In this document: piece after piece, positions 62,391 through 64,000 of the stretch
How positions within the stretch are numbered: the stretch's first letter is position 1
How the letters are laid out: each line of letters begins with the position of its first letter
Assembly: GCF_002113885.1 (NCBI RefSeq)
Contig: NW_018480075.1
Span: 827,860 to 891,859 of the forward strand
Reading direction: 5' to 3'
Source of the DNA: Mizuhopecten yessoensis
Lineage: Eukaryota
DNA: 64,000 bases
Notes under the pieces: generated by a model
The model's input: only the letters and a program-made list of their open reading frames with translations
What the model was told of the DNA's origin: nothing
The model's database searches: none
Translations under genes and position numbers: made by a program

Positions 62391-64000
62391 GGTTTTCCTT
62401 GGGTTTTGGCGTTTCCTCGTCTACTGTTGTTGATTTTCCTTGGGTTTTGGCGTTTCCCCGTCCGTCTACTGTTGTTTGTTTTTGCTCTGGTATCTCTGCG
62501 GCTTCTGTTGTTGTCTCATAGCTATTGACTTCGAAATATTATTATGTTCCTGTGTTTTTGCTTTCTACTGTTTTTATTTCTGCTATCTAACAGGTCATCT
62601 GTTTTCACAAGTCTCGTGTTGGAAATGTTCGTACAGCTTGAAATATTATTTTTCGTTTCGTGAACATGACATGAACTTTTGAACTGGTTTAAATATTGAT
62701 TTTGTTTTACTTGTAGACTCTTCTATATTATTTTGTCGTCTTTTTATCATTGATTATTTGATTGAGATCGTTCTTTTCATCTCTCGAATGCTTTGCAGAG
62801 GTTGAAATATTATGCATAGCACTGTTTGCATACCAGTAATCAATTACGTTTTGTAAACATACCTTTGAAACTACGATAACATATATTGTAAAATCGAAAT
62901 GTACACACTGATATGTTCACGCCATGGCATCGGGATTTTTTTTCAAAATTCAAAACTCATTGAACCATTTGAAACCTTTTAAATAGAATAAAAATGTGAC
63001 AACGTCAACACAGTAGGACAACATTGAAACACAATAGATAACATCGACCGGTGAAATATGGATTTAATTCATAAAACATACATCTTCCTTCAAAAGAATA
63101 GACTGTCGTGTATATTATTTGTACAACATTCTAGCATGGGTTTTTTGTTGAGCTTGCTCAATATTCAAATCTCTGTAATGTGTTGACATTTCGCTTTCAA
63201 ATCATCTCAATCTTGAAAATGTTTATATATGAGGGCATAAACCATTGTTTTAATCTTGCAAAATGTATCGACGTGTAAATCTGAAGTAAGGATATAATGG
63301 ATATGTTTGACTTGACCAAGTGTTTGTATTTATAACAGTACACATGCGGACAAGAGTTGGTATAACGGGGTTAGTACACGTTTGTTTGTTGACGTTGGAC
63401 TCATAACATTGCGAGCTTAACATGAATATTCATCCAAGAGTACTTTCCAAAATATTTGAAGTTAGAATAAAATGTACATTGATTTGTGTTAAAAACGATC
63501 AACTGCTAAAGAAAAACACATTTGTTGACACAAATGTTTTCAATATTTCAATTTTAAATATTTTTCAAAATTTAATTTGTTTGAATATTTTTCACCATGT
63601 GAAGCCGTCCATACTTTGAATATATTGACTGTTTCTTGTTAATCCACAATAACTATGATGAAAGCCTAGAATTCATATCATCTAGAAATACATTGAATGT
63701 TGAACAGAATGTGTACGTGTTAGTATCCATAGAGGGTTACATGCATTTAATGGACATATGTGCCCCATGATACCAAGTCAGTGATGGGTGTGGTCAATCA
63801 GATGTTTACCTAGGAGAAGTCAGGTGCGACAACATCGTATATTTCATCTAGTCTTGCCCTTGTCATGCAACTGTAACCAATTTTCACAAAACTCTTTTTA
63901 AAATATAACTTGACACAGCAATTTTAAGACAGAAATTTTAAAATAAATCTTCAGTACTGAGTTTTCGGAACATGACAATTTGAAAGACTATCAACTGACC

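Noticed and set aside
60918-62528. Three long plus-strand ORFs (536, 479, 444 aa)
   Set aside because: All three frames are open only because the A-poor 78-bp unit lacks stop codons; the products are implausible hydrophobic/Cys repeats.

Overview
AT-rich eukaryotic (animal) genomic DNA with two assembly gaps. The repeat landscape suggests a bivalve mollusc (inference): Helentron/HINE elements with ~146-bp satellites, tRNA-SINEs with (AAACC)n tails, and CR1, L2 and Penelope remnants. No intact protein-coding gene, rRNA, tRNA gene or CRISPR array is recognisable. The window holds: a decayed CR1-type LINE interrupted by a satellite-bearing HINE; a decayed intron-containing two-gene PIF/Harbinger transposon (DDE transposase plus Myb/SANT gene); a rearranged Penelope RT remnant; several MITEs, hairpins and SINEs; many minisatellites; and a few short candidate first exons of an unidentified plus-strand gene. 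Most ORF-track entries are spurious. The most interesting leads are a TSD-flanked SINE with a structured (pseudoknot-capable) 5' extension, a decayed minimal hammerhead ribozyme, a 78-bp array whose unannotated minus-strand frame reads as poly-RGD, and a nucleosome-length satellite carrying YY1/PHO sites. Coordinates were read by eye and may be off by a few bases; family assignments come from motif recognition, not database searches.
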